From Catajapyx aquilonaris (lineage: Eukaryota), in contig JYFJ02000337.1 in the NCBI GenBank assembly GCA_000934665.2, forward strand, positions 1-64,000: a stretch of DNA of 64,000 nucleotides, written 5' to 3'. The translations under genes and the position numbers were made by a program. The notes below the pieces were generated by a model that saw nothing but the letters and a program-made list of their open reading frames with translations, was not told the DNA's origin and did no database searches. Positions 52,429 to 64,000 of the stretch are shown here, piece by piece (within the stretch, counting starts at the first letter, position 1; each line of letters opens with the position of its first letter).

Positions 52429-55400
52429 TAGTGGATAACATCTAGCAATTTATTGCCCGTCCAGTACCTGACAGCAACTAGTGGTCAGAGCGGGTCAGAG
52501 GTCATCTTGATAGATATCCCCAAAATAAACTGTCTGGGTGTCGCCATCTCACCTTTCCCCACAAATCACCCCAAAATGACCCAGAAAATTCCTCCATGTC
52601 CCTCGGAATGCATTTCACCTGCACCGTAGTGCGACTTTCTGCTGATGAAAGCTGATAAGCGGGGCATATGTCGGCGGCGTCAGCGCTCAGGCTCTCGTGG
52701 GGTGGAGGCCTCATTTCTACCCCCCCTCTCTCAACCTCCCTCTCTCCATCATCCCTCTCTTTCTCTCTCTCTCTCTGAAGTGCCCTTCGTCCTGGGTGGA
52801 GGTCACTCCGAGCGTGGGAACGCCGCGCGCCTACGGACAAGCCTCGCTCGTGCCGCTGCGTTGCCACTTCCTATCCCCCTGCCTCTTTACCACCACACCC
52901 ACCATCCATCCCCATCCCACGCCCTCATCATCACCACTGGTCTCTCCCACTAAACACCAGACAGCTGGGATTATTATCACCCTAGCTCCCTATCGGACGT
53001 GCTGTTCAAACTTGTTGAATGGTACAGGGTGCATCGTATGTCCGGACCTAATTCGGATTACATCCATTAAAAAATCAGAAAAAAACATAAACGAAAACGA
53101 AAACACAAACAAAAACGTAAAACAATATGCTGAGATTTCACATTTTGCTCAAATTTTTTTTGCAGGAAACTCATAGATCCTTGGATGAGGTCAATCAAGC
53201 GTCTTCCGGCCATATGGAGGGTTTTGGTTGAAAGTCTTCCTGATCAGGGGGGTCATAAAAGGGGGGAAGGCCACATTTTCTTTTGTCATGATATGGGAAT
53301 ATCAGAAGTGATCGTGAGAAACTTGCCTATTGAAGGAGGCCGCGCGAAAAAGTTCGTCACAAAAGAAGTTCTTGGGAAAACTGCAGGTTTTAGGCAGGAT
53401 TTCCTCGGCCGATTGTCATGGGGACAATATACCGGACTTTTCACCTCCAGTTTTCTCAGATTCGCAAGACCGTGGTGAAAAGGTTATCCAAGCATAGTAT
53501 AGTGCCCCCGCAGGAAGTTGTTTTAAAATATATTTAAAAAAAAAATCAAAGTTCGATTTCTGGTTCGGTTCAATAATGTTCAACTGACAGATTAAAATAA
53601 TATGCAAATATACACAATAAATTATATTTGATATCTGGTTCCGAATAATTCAACAATTAAATATAGGCTATAAAAATATTTCAAAATTCGCTTTTTTTGA
53701 AAACTTGGGGGTGGGGTCCCCGGATTCCAGCAAAGGTCGGGGATATGAAACCCATCCCAAAAACACGGGTGCAATCCCCATACTACCGGGGCGTATCATT
53801 CATCTGAGATACCGCCTCAGATAGCACCCCGCACCTGCCCACCTTCGTGACTCACGTGGACGGCCCCGGATCACGAACTTTTTCTAAATATTTTTTCATC
53901 ACAAACTCTGTCTCTCTTTTCTCTAAATTGGAGATGAGATTTATTATGAGCGGCATAAATTTACAACGCCCCTGAATGAGATAATCCCGGCTTTTAAAAT
54001 CACTTAAGATTGGTCCAGACCCGGATGCAGATTTGCACTATTTTGCGTCTATTGATGGACAGATGCCGGGTTTGAATATTCACATACACATTTCTAGGTG
54101 TTGTGACAGGTAGGCCCTGTTATTTTTGTTGTCTGGGAGTTATGGTGGATCACGCCCCGACTGCTTTCACTGAATGGTAAATATTTGTGTTGCGTGGACA
54201 GTAACGAATCCGAGCCGATAACAAGTTGGCTTATTAGTTTGGACTTGTGGCTGCTTTTCGATGCGTATCACGCATAGATAGCAAAAGGCACGGTTCAGAA
54301 AACGCTATCGGTATGTCCTGGCTGATAAGGGTCGGGGTAAGTTTATCGGCTCGAAAAACCAGACACCAAATCTCTTATGACGTCGCTCAGATCACTTTAT
54401 GGGCGTGAGAAAAACAAATAAGCGAGTGCTTGAATTCGTTATCGGCACGAGGCTTGGGAGGCTGACAGTTTCCTTGAGAATGACCTTATCTGTGAGTGGC
54501 CTCTTCTACGATGCCCCCGCCGGCCATCCCCCACCATTCCTTGACTCAGCTGCTGAGCACACATACTTATCTGTCCAAACAAATTATACTCCGGGTCGGA
54601 CCGCCCTTCAATAACAGTCACACACTTATGAGGGGGGGACACTGGGAATTATGGAGGTTCCGGTTACGTTTTAGCTTAAAGTATGCGCAGAAAGGAATAT
54701 TCCTGGCAGTTCTGCGCAGCAACGTCGTGATTGGCTACAGCGATCTGTCATTCACGTTGATTGGTCCAAAATTAGAAAAAAAACCTGCGCAGTAGGCCAT
54801 GTTCATCACAGTTCTGCGCAGTCAATGGCTACAGAAATGTCCTTCACACTGATTGGTGTCCGGCTCGTCTCAACCAATTACTCCCGAAAAATTCCGATGT
54901 TAAGTTATTACAACAGGTGGTGGCTCCCCTTTCAAAACAGAGAATTCCCTCGGGATGACATGGTTCGTGCCGGTTCGTTCGCCCATAACAAATAACGGGC
55001 AGATTCCCCATGCGGCCGTCTGGTGCTCCAGGAGAATTCCTATCCCATGTGGCGGATATAAATCCTTCTATCCATGATTCCCCCCAATGTAGGTCACATT
55101 GAGGCCCTCCCCATCCCCCACTATTCGAAAAACTGACCAGGAGCGGAATCCCTGCTGGTTACGCCCGTTATCCGCCCAGATTTTGACCTCAGGTGGTCCT
55201 ATCTTCCAGCAACTAGTAACCACACCCATGGCCTGCTGCATATGATATTTTACTGACTCATCATAAGTGCTAACGTGTGGGTCGCCACATGTTGCCATGT
55301 TGGCCTTAAAATAGGTATATTTCCATCACAGATTCTGTTTTTTTTTTGTTCAAGTGTTGACGCCCACTCTGTTGGCTGGCAGGCGACAACAAGGAATTAG

Positions 55401-56291
55401 AACGTCCTAATATATTATTCTTTCACCCTGTAGTGATTTATATCCATACTTATTTTAGATTACTAAGTCCCGTTAATGCCCCCTGAATTTTTACGAGAAC
55501 ATTCCGATTCTGAGACTACTTCAGGGGACAACCATCAGGCAACGGGCCAGTAATCGTCGCGGCGTGTATAGTGACCTCTATCAATTAAGGCTCGTTATCA
55601 CCCCCCTTGACAGTTGGCTTAAGTGCCGGCAATTTGAGAAGAAAAGAACGGGGGATGTGTCCGGACGGGAGATAAATTCTGGACATGATCCATAATGCAA
55701 TGGGTCGTGTCGAAATCGTGGCACTTGCCGTGGGAAAGCAGAGGGTATGACTCAAGACTGAATATGATGTTTTTTTATAGCTGATTTTGAACTTTGGTCA
55801 CGTCGTGGTGTCAACTTGTGTATTGTGGCGTTGCGACTTGCGACACTACTTTGCGGTATTTGCAGACCGGAAAATATAGGCTGTACTGTACTTCCCATTA
55901 CGCCTATCTTATATCGGAAGTCGGACCACATCCTTTGATCAAGGCTTTGAGATTTGATAGCATGAAAGGAAAAACTTTCATAAACAACCGCCCGATGCCT
56001 GGTCTTATGCCTATACACACAGGATATTATGATATAAATTCAGAACCAGACCTATCACCACCTTACTCCAGAAAATTTAGTGGACATTCCAAACCCAGCT
56101 TAAGTCATCAAGCTTCCCCCATTTTTGAAACTACCTAAAAGTATGGGTGTAATATTTCACCAGCCAACTGCTGTAAAACCGATTTCGGACACTTGGCCCA
56201 CGTGTACAGAAGCCATCGTGGGGAGAGAAAATGGAGGACAAGGTGTCGATTGATCGGGAAGGCCATTACTGTCCAATTAGTTTTTCCCACG
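51766..56291. promoter_or_regulatory. Cluster of Su(H)/CSL consensus sites (CGTGRGAA) 3' of hairy
   Basis: Exact matches at 51766, 52813, 53313, 54404, 55729 (+) and 56284 (-). Confidence 0.55.
52396..52428. repeat. (CTA)11 microsatellite
   Basis: Directly visible. Confidence 0.95.
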
Positions 56292-58758
56292 TCTGAGAAG
56301 AACCCACTCCTTTTCCTGCTTGCTGTCAGCAGATATGCCCACCATGTATTTTTTTCCTCAAGAAAACTTTAGAAGAAAAAAAAATGTTGAGAGTGAGAGG
56401 GGGTCGGCACGAAACTTCACACCGGCTCGATTTTCCAGATGCTGGGAAGGAAGAAGTTAGGGGTAATTTTCTTCTTTTCCCTCGCGTGTTCCTTCTACTT
56501 CTGGCTGTTCCATGGCTGCTGACAAACCCCATGAGGAGGGCAACCGGGGGCAACAATCCAACAAGGAGGATAGTAGGGGGGCCTCATGGGGGAATAAGCA
56601 ATGCACTTCCAGCACCACAGGGGGTGCTGAAAAAGGTGGGGTTTTCAAACCCCTGGGCGTGTCTTAGGACCTTCTTTTTCGGCGGGTAATCGGCTTTCAA
56701 CAGCATTCTCACACGAGTCGATTTTTTCTTCTTCTTCTTCAGTGTTGTTTGCAGGCTGTTTGAGCATTCCCTTTCACAAGCAACCCAATTTAACGATAAT
56801 TAAGAAGGATGATTGAACTATGTTTATCCCATAACTACCTCCACTAGGTAGTTGACAGGTATTGGCCACCAATTACTACCTAATTAATAACAATTTTAAT
56901 TCGAATCAGGAACTATATGTCCTTGCTGCTCAAGACTTGCTTATTATGTAAAAGGACGCCGTAATGGCAGACTCTCTCCTTCTGAATGAGAAGGTGAGGA
57001 GTGCCGCATTCAAATGAGATTTTATCCCACTTTCGAGCCTGGCTAACTCTGCGTGTGAAATGCTGAGGGCCACTTTGCTTTCGACTCTTTTCAGATAAAA
57101 CTCTCCGGAAGTCCTCTGTACTTTTCTTCGAAGGTTGTGTGTGTGTACGCAGAATGGCACATTACTCAACAAGAGGTACGCAGGTGGACCTTGAATCTCG
57201 TAAAACCCGCTTCCAAATAGCGGCTGCCCCTCTCTCAATAAATTACCCCGAACCATCAGTCAATCTGTCAGCAGGTAACATTCCACCAGTTGAAGGGGCA
57301 ATCATAATATGCCAAATGAGCCAACTTCTTCATCAACCAATCAATTGATCCGGGCGTGCCGGCCGAGAATAAACAATTGGCCTGCAATTATAAATTAGTG
57401 CGGTTTTTTTCCCGCCCAATTATTCATACAATAAAAAATAGTAAAGTCCAGCACTTTTGAAGAGGACGCAACCACCACAAGAGACAGTCATCTTTCTTCC
57501 TCTTTTATCTCCGGCCCATCGTTTGAAGAAGCTGAGGATGGTGTAGCACCCCCTTTTCTTAAGTCGTCTTCTCTTGTGGTCTCCTCCCAGCAGCCACCTG
57601 CTCGCCCCTTCCAGCGACCTCCAGCACAGGGTTGCCACACTAGGAATTTAACGGATTGTTGGCTGATTGTTGGCAAATGGAGGAACAGTCGTCCATGTTA
57701 AGTCGTAGGTGCTATCTGGTGAGATTAGTCTCTCAGGGTCGAGTGATATGTACTAATGGACCACCAGCTCATGCAAGACGTGATTCTAGTGCAAACACTC
57801 ACAGTGTTTGTGTAGCTTTGTTTCGGTACTGCGTTTTCATTGAGGGTGTAAAAACTTATCGGGGTGTCATAATGAGTTAATGGCGGAAAATGAGTGATTT
57901 TTTTTACTCCAGAGTTATCTTCACTGGTACGTGCCTGTTGCCATGTTTGATTCACTGTGGGAGGTAAAATATGGGCAGAACTTCCGAGTGCTTTTTCCCC
58001 CCTTCTAAGGGGCTGGTAATATCTTCCAGGAAAGCCTAGCCCTTCCTCCGCATTCATTCTCAGAATCTTTTGTCCATGTCCTTTTCTAGATAATGTTAGT
58101 TTCCGCTACTAACTATCTCGGGAATGTTCATTCTGAGCCTTTCATTACGCACTGCGGCTGTAGCCAAGTGACATTATGACAAACTGCGTCCAACACGCAC
58201 TGGATCCATTGCGTGTTACAGTCGAATAAACAGGTATCACTGAAGGTGACAATTTCCTTTCTGCCATAAAAGTCTCCGCCTCAAATCTGTAATTTTGGTG
58301 AAGCCATATCTCACCAATCTTCTGTTACCAAGCTGCCAACTGTGTGGAGGGGCATACATATCTTTCTGAAATAAAATTAATAGCAGATCTGAACACTAAT
58401 CGCAATAATTTAGATACTAATAAATACACAATATAATATTTAAAGAATATAAATCAATGAGTGTGACCATCTATGGGCAAAATTTTCTATGTAACAAGAA
58501 CTGGCTTTCGCGACATGTGGCAGGTCTGACACAAATCCTTACAACAATATTACAATATCCTGTCTGCTACCTGCCCATGGACCTGGCAACAGTGGTGCAA
58601 TGGCGGCTCTGGCGGCGGTCATCCGCCTCCGTTGGGGCGATTGATTCTCAGCAGGAGCCTGGGAAAAACAATGGCCGTCTAGCAGTCAGAGAACAAAAGA
58701 CTCCGTGGAGGTGGCGCGAATCAAGCAAGATGCATGGTCTCCTCAACTTCTACTTCGG

Positions 58759-58782
58759 GTGTGTGTGTGTGTGTGTGTGTGT
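58759..58782. repeat. (GT)~12 microsatellite
   Basis: Directly visible. Confidence 0.95.
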
Positions 58783-61700
58783 AGAGAAAGCACTACCCAT
58801 ACAGCAGCGGCAACCCCGAGCTGACACCCCCGGCCCTTACAAATCCTGCTCTCGTAGGGGGTCAAAAGGTGCTCCGGAGTTCTCTAGTGTTACACCTAGG
58901 GGGTCTTATCAGAGAACCCCCACGAGATTGAATTTCTGGAGATGTGGTTGTGGCCAGGCACCCCCCTATACACAAATCAAGTCTTATAACGAGCGGAGGG
59001 AACGGGGTGGAAACAAATTGCGGGTGCATGGGATACGTTCGGACCTGTCCAGCACATCCCCCACCCACAGAGACGTATGCATCAAACCCTGGAGATACAG
59101 TCGTGTACTCTAGGGGAATTATCTCGAAAAGTGGAGTAAGGCTTTTGATATGGGCACAAATCAAATCCCAACTCATGGTGGGGGGATGCTCATTGCGTCT
59201 TTATTTACCATGAGCTTGTGGCAGCTGAACAAGCAAGACTATTACTAACGGCCCAAACTGGTATTACTGCATGTGTCAATGTCGTGCAAGGAAGCGTTGT
59301 AATAAATCCGGAATTACTGGACGGTGTTGTACTGTACATATTTCTTGCGAAGACCCAAGATGTTATTACTTTATAAGTTCAGAAGTTATCCCGCCAAGAG
59401 TAAGCTAACATAGTAAAAATACAATAGGTCTATTTAATTAATTTTTAAAATAAATAAATCTTTAATTAAATTTGCTTAAATTAGTCCATCTGTACATAAT
59501 AACAAATCACCTGTCGCATTCTTTTCCCACCGATCGAGCCATTCTGGGTTTCACAATCATCCAGGACCTTCCGGTATGCCAGGGGGAAAAAATCACTTAC
59601 AATTCCGTTCCGGATTCTTCAGAATAAATCAGACCCTTTTTTCCTTCTTCCTTCAACAAACAGGTAGGGATAAAAAAAAATCTTTAGATATTTCCACACT
59701 AGAGTAAACCCGGTTCGCACCTGCTCGTGTCACCGCATATTTCCATAAAATTGGATCATCATCGTTAATCCCCCTCTCAGTTTTTCTCTTCCCATGGCCA
59801 CTACATTTAATAACCCCCGCTTTCGTGAGCAATTACACATTTATCCTCTAACAAAAAAAAGGAGATTAACAATGGGTGCAAAAAAATGGAAGGTGCGCAG
59901 AGATTCTTTCTTGACACACTGGAACAATTAGCCGCAATTAAGCGATGGCCAAATCATGCCTGCAAATGTCTGGTGGGTTTAAAATTTATGAATATGCCTC
60001 CCCTGTGAAAGTTTTTGGAAGTGACGTCACGTTTTGTATACACATTTCAGGACACGCCCGCCTGCAGTGCGATGACTTTCCCGTGCGTCCGGTCCGCAGG
60101 AGGCGACTTTATACTTTAAAAAATATTTTACAAATATAACTCCAGGATCTGGTGCAGTTTCCGGCTATGGACCGTACCCCTTCTGAGAGACAAGCAAAAA
60201 AAAGGCAAGGTTACGCTTTGAAGGTCACTTGTGAAGTTATACGGCCTGCAAATTACTCCGGACAAAATAATGACGCATTGTGCTTCGTACCTAATTTCCA
60301 ATAAAAACAGGAGCGTCTTTTCTTTCTAGAGTGATTACAGGTCGTATTTTTATAGTCGCAGTAACTGTGAGGTGACAGCAGGGACTATAAAACTGCTCAA
60401 GGACGTCGACATTTCCAGTCACTTTCACTTTTTGGCCAGCATAGTTCAAGAACAATGATTTCATGATTATGTTTACACCAGCTACTCGCTGCTTATCGCC
60501 ATGCACGACCTGAATTATTAATTGCTCATACATTGGGGTTTAAGTAGCTTTAATCACATACTATGCTGTATTAGTAGCTTATTAACGAGGGACATTAACA
60601 GGAAGTATTGGCTTAATTGCAGGTGGTGAAATATTACACCATATGTGCTGCTGATGGTGATTAGGGATTACTATCGCGTAACAAGAAGCATGTGTACTTG
60701 TACAGTATTACAGTCATGAATATTCCTTTAAGATTACCATACCATTGACGCTTACTAATAAATTGGCTGGAGTAATTAGGCATTATCTGCAATGCAGAGC
60801 GTATATGAATGACCGATGTCTCAAAAATGCATAATAGTCCTTGACGTGTGCTTTCAGGCGGTTAAGTCAATTTTCTGCTCGGGAAATTTCAGTTTCCCTA
60901 TAGAAAATTGCGTGCACAAACATAAGGAATAATCTTGAAACTTCATCCACTCATTGTTCCCAACTCAAAATTGTAGTCTTGAATTTGTTGAAAATATAAT
61001 TTTGTACCAAAATTTATCGCCTCTATAGAATTTTTTGGTGTGTTCGACACGTGCCTTCACACGTATAATAAAACAACCAGGCTTTTAGAAATTATTTTGG
61101 CCTCGAAAATAATCCTATAAAATGACAGGTATCGCCTCAAAAACACTTCAGGGCGTTTCACCACTTACACCATACACTTCCCCTCTCTAAATATCACTTA
61201 TTAGAAAAAAGACTCAGTCAATTTAAACGCGATAACGTGACGCAACATCTCCAATCGCCCCCATCACAAAAACTTCAATTCCGAGCAAATTGTTGCTGCA
61301 GTGTTAATTAGTTTACTTCCCAATCTGGCTATACCATAGACAAACCCGCAGACAAGCGTCATAATGGCAGGGAACGAGGTGACGGGAATAACAGGTTTAA
61401 CTCCTCTCATCGCCGGCTATATTGAACAAAATTATGGGCCGTAAAGGCGGTTTAATCAGATCCAAGATTTTGGTTAAACCCAAACGTAGCCCACACATAT
61501 ACGAAAGCAAAACCTGCGCAAAATTGCTCAGCCACCTGCTTCTTTTTCTTGGGCGGGTAAAAAGGGGGCCATTGCACGTCTCCTTAGAAGGCCACGTGGT
61601 GGGATTGGTAAGTCCCACACATGGCATATGCAAGTGTGCAGAGGTCTTATAACGAGGCGTGAGAAATCTGGGAAAGCTTCTTCGTAAAACTGCAGAGGCC

Positions 61701-64000
61701 GAGCCAACCCCCCCTTCTCTTGATTCACGCCCTTTCCAAGAGGGACATGCGCCCTTTTCTCCATCCGATAGGGGCATTTAACGACCGGGAGTGTTCCCAA
61801 TTCCACGCATTCCGGAGATGAGAAAGTGCCCATCGGCTGTTGGTAAGTCACGCCAACACTTAATGTTCGTAATGGACATTTCCTGAAAAAAATTATGTGG
61901 ATGGTGTGGCAGAAATTTGGAAATTTGATATCATAATGTTGACATCAAATATCACAATTAATATCTAATCAAAAAATCAATATCAAATATCAAACGTGAC
62001 TTTGCTGGTTGTATCATGATGGTAATTGAAAGTGTGTTTGTACAAACTAAATCTTGAATCTGCGTATATTAAACAGTGTATTCGGACAGTCTGTGTTCAA
62101 TGTAAATTACGATATAAATTATTTAGTGTAGGATATAAATGGGCTATTTTTCTTCTGGATTTTTTACAGAAATTATATAGTGCAACTAAGGTCGTGCATT
62201 TCGTAACTTCATTTGTTACCCCAATGTGACCGCGACAGATTGTGAGAGATGGGAAGATAATTGACACAAAAATACTGCAGAAACTCATGTAAAAATAGCA
62301 CGATCTTGCACAGCGTTTGTATAATTATATTCCCTGCACGATGTGGGATTTTCCCTCGGAGGTCATCACTCAGCTGTTTATATATTTACATATAATATAT
62401 GTAATAATACGTCGTATATGTCAGACGAGACTTTTGCAAGGCTCTAATAATTTAATTGTGTCTAATAAAAACACACTTGTTCTTTAAATAGAAAAAAAGG
62501 TGTATGGATAATCTACGTCTTACTCAAGGCATGGTGGGTCAGTATAAGTCTGAAAGCCGTATTTTGTACAGTATGAGACAGCATCACAGTGACTCAAAGC
62601 AATAGCCGATACACACAACACATGAGGATCATAATAAAAGATTAGACTACATCTGTTACATTGCAGTAATGAGTCTACAAATGGCTTCATGCATCAGATG
62701 TAGCTATCAGAACATTAGGCGATGAAATCGTAAATCGGTACGGCAAATAGGTTCTGGATTGTATATACAGACCCATGTATAGCTGATCTTAGTAGATTGT
62801 GTATGTTCACACATATGTAGGGTCTGCTATTTTATAGAGTGGGTGGCCTATGCAGCTGTCCATTTATGACAGCAATATTCTTAGCGATATAGGTTTGCCA
62901 TTGAGATATATCGTAACAAACACTGACAATGTATATATGGTGAACGGGTAATACCGGTTAACAGGGCCAGATGCAAGCTACTTCCCTATATATACATGCA
63001 GTATATTTATTGCCCCATATAAGAATATCAGTGTATATATCTCTATTATTCTTAATCAAGTACCGCTGTACATTTATCAAAGATCATTGGCAAAACGTCA
63101 ATTGAAAATTTTACTACAATATGCCGGCAGAATTGTATATATACTCTGCATCCGTTGTACAGAGTACACTTTTGAGATAATAGCGATTAGAGAGAAATGT
63201 GGAGGTTTGTTGCCAAGGAAACTTACTAAAATAGCATTGCACACGGCCATATGTAACCGCACCAAAGTCCAGGAATATATTGATGACATATTGGAACAGG
63301 ATGCACGACGACACCGCTTATAGGCCGTCTATTAATCAAACGGCCCCGCCATAAGTGACCAATCTGCCATTATAACAAGTTGTAATGAGCAAGTCAGCGT
63401 ATGGAAGCTGATTGGAAATCGGCCCCGAGTGAAGGGTTTCGGGTTACAAGGTTTGCATACAGAAGAGGGTAATTGATTGTTACCCCGACGATGATGGTAA
63501 AAATCCCCCCTCACCACTTTGGTGGCAACTTCCAGAATACGCCTCGTGGACAGCAGCTTCTTTACGGAACGTAATTGAAAACGTGACGGAAAGGTTACGA
63601 CCTGAATTACAAAGAAGCAGTTCAACTGCGATTGGGAAATCGGGTATGCGTACTTATTACAGCGTAATCAAAGTATGTGGAGGATTTTCGGGATAGCTAT
63701 TTCACGTGCTGATGAATTAGCCCGGATATACACGCCGGACAAGTTTTTTCGTTGGTAATTATTTCGTGAACGTGGTTTAAAACTTTTAGTAAGCTGTTCA
63801 TTATACGTGGTACAGACTCAAATGTTACAGCCTCGAAAGCCGTATAGCAAATGAAAACTATTTCTCACACTTTGTGACAAGGACAACCCGTTACTCCCTG
63901 ACATATTCACATGGTAGGCCGCTGAATATATTCCCCTCACATATATAGCAGGCTTTCGTTGACCAATCCCGCATTCAAAGGCCATAACCAGGACTAACTT

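Noticed and set aside
53200..53240. Two GY-box (GTCTTCC, miR-7 seed) matches downstream of hairy
   Set aside because: They lie about 1.5 kb past the stop and beyond the AT-rich likely 3' end near 51960-52015. They cannot be placed in the UTR without transcript data.
58457..59113. 218-aa ORF, the longest unexplained one
   Set aside because: No recognisable domain, it runs through a (GT)n microsatellite, it has no convincing splice structure, and its composition looks non-coding.
25260..59670. CAGGTAG (Zelda-type) and TCF-like heptamers scattered in the desert
   Set aside because: About ten CAGGTAG in 41 kb is only around twice a naive expectation and they are not clustered. Not distinguishable from chance by eye.
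22700..64000. Known conserved microRNAs or transposase/reverse-transcriptase remnants in the desert
   Set aside because: I recognised no mature miRNA sequence and no TE protein motif by eye. This is not exhaustive and needs Rfam/MirGeneDB/Dfam searches.

Overview
Eukaryotic, probably arthropod, genomic DNA with GT-AG introns, many only 55-100 bp. The species cannot be fixed from sequence alone. The window has two compartments. (1) A compact gene cluster at about 2-22.6 kb: a 5'-partial zyxin/LPP-family LIM gene (+), a tRNA-derived SINE, a two-exon orphan gene (+), Atg8/GABARAP (-), three tandem AGTRAP/ATRAP-like paralogues (+), tRNA-Val(CAC) and an unusual tRNA-Ile with a GAT anticodon (both -), and SRP receptor beta (-). 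(2) A gene desert of about 41 kb (22.7-64 kb) containing only a three-exon hairy/HES bHLH-Orange-WRPW gene (+, 50396-51736), with satellites, a small hairpin repeat family and a cluster of Su(H)/CSL sites 3' of hairy. Exon boundaries were worked out by hand, and reading-frame phase is consistent across every junction. Most ORFs in the supplied track are spurious. The most notable observations are the intact G34 tRNA-Ile, the asymmetrically diverged AGTRAP triplet head-to-head with Atg8, the Su(H) cluster behind hairy, an orphan gene that seems to carry decayed C2H2-linker motifs, and apparent ancient synteny of the block. No prokaryote-type system (CRISPR, operon, phage) is present.
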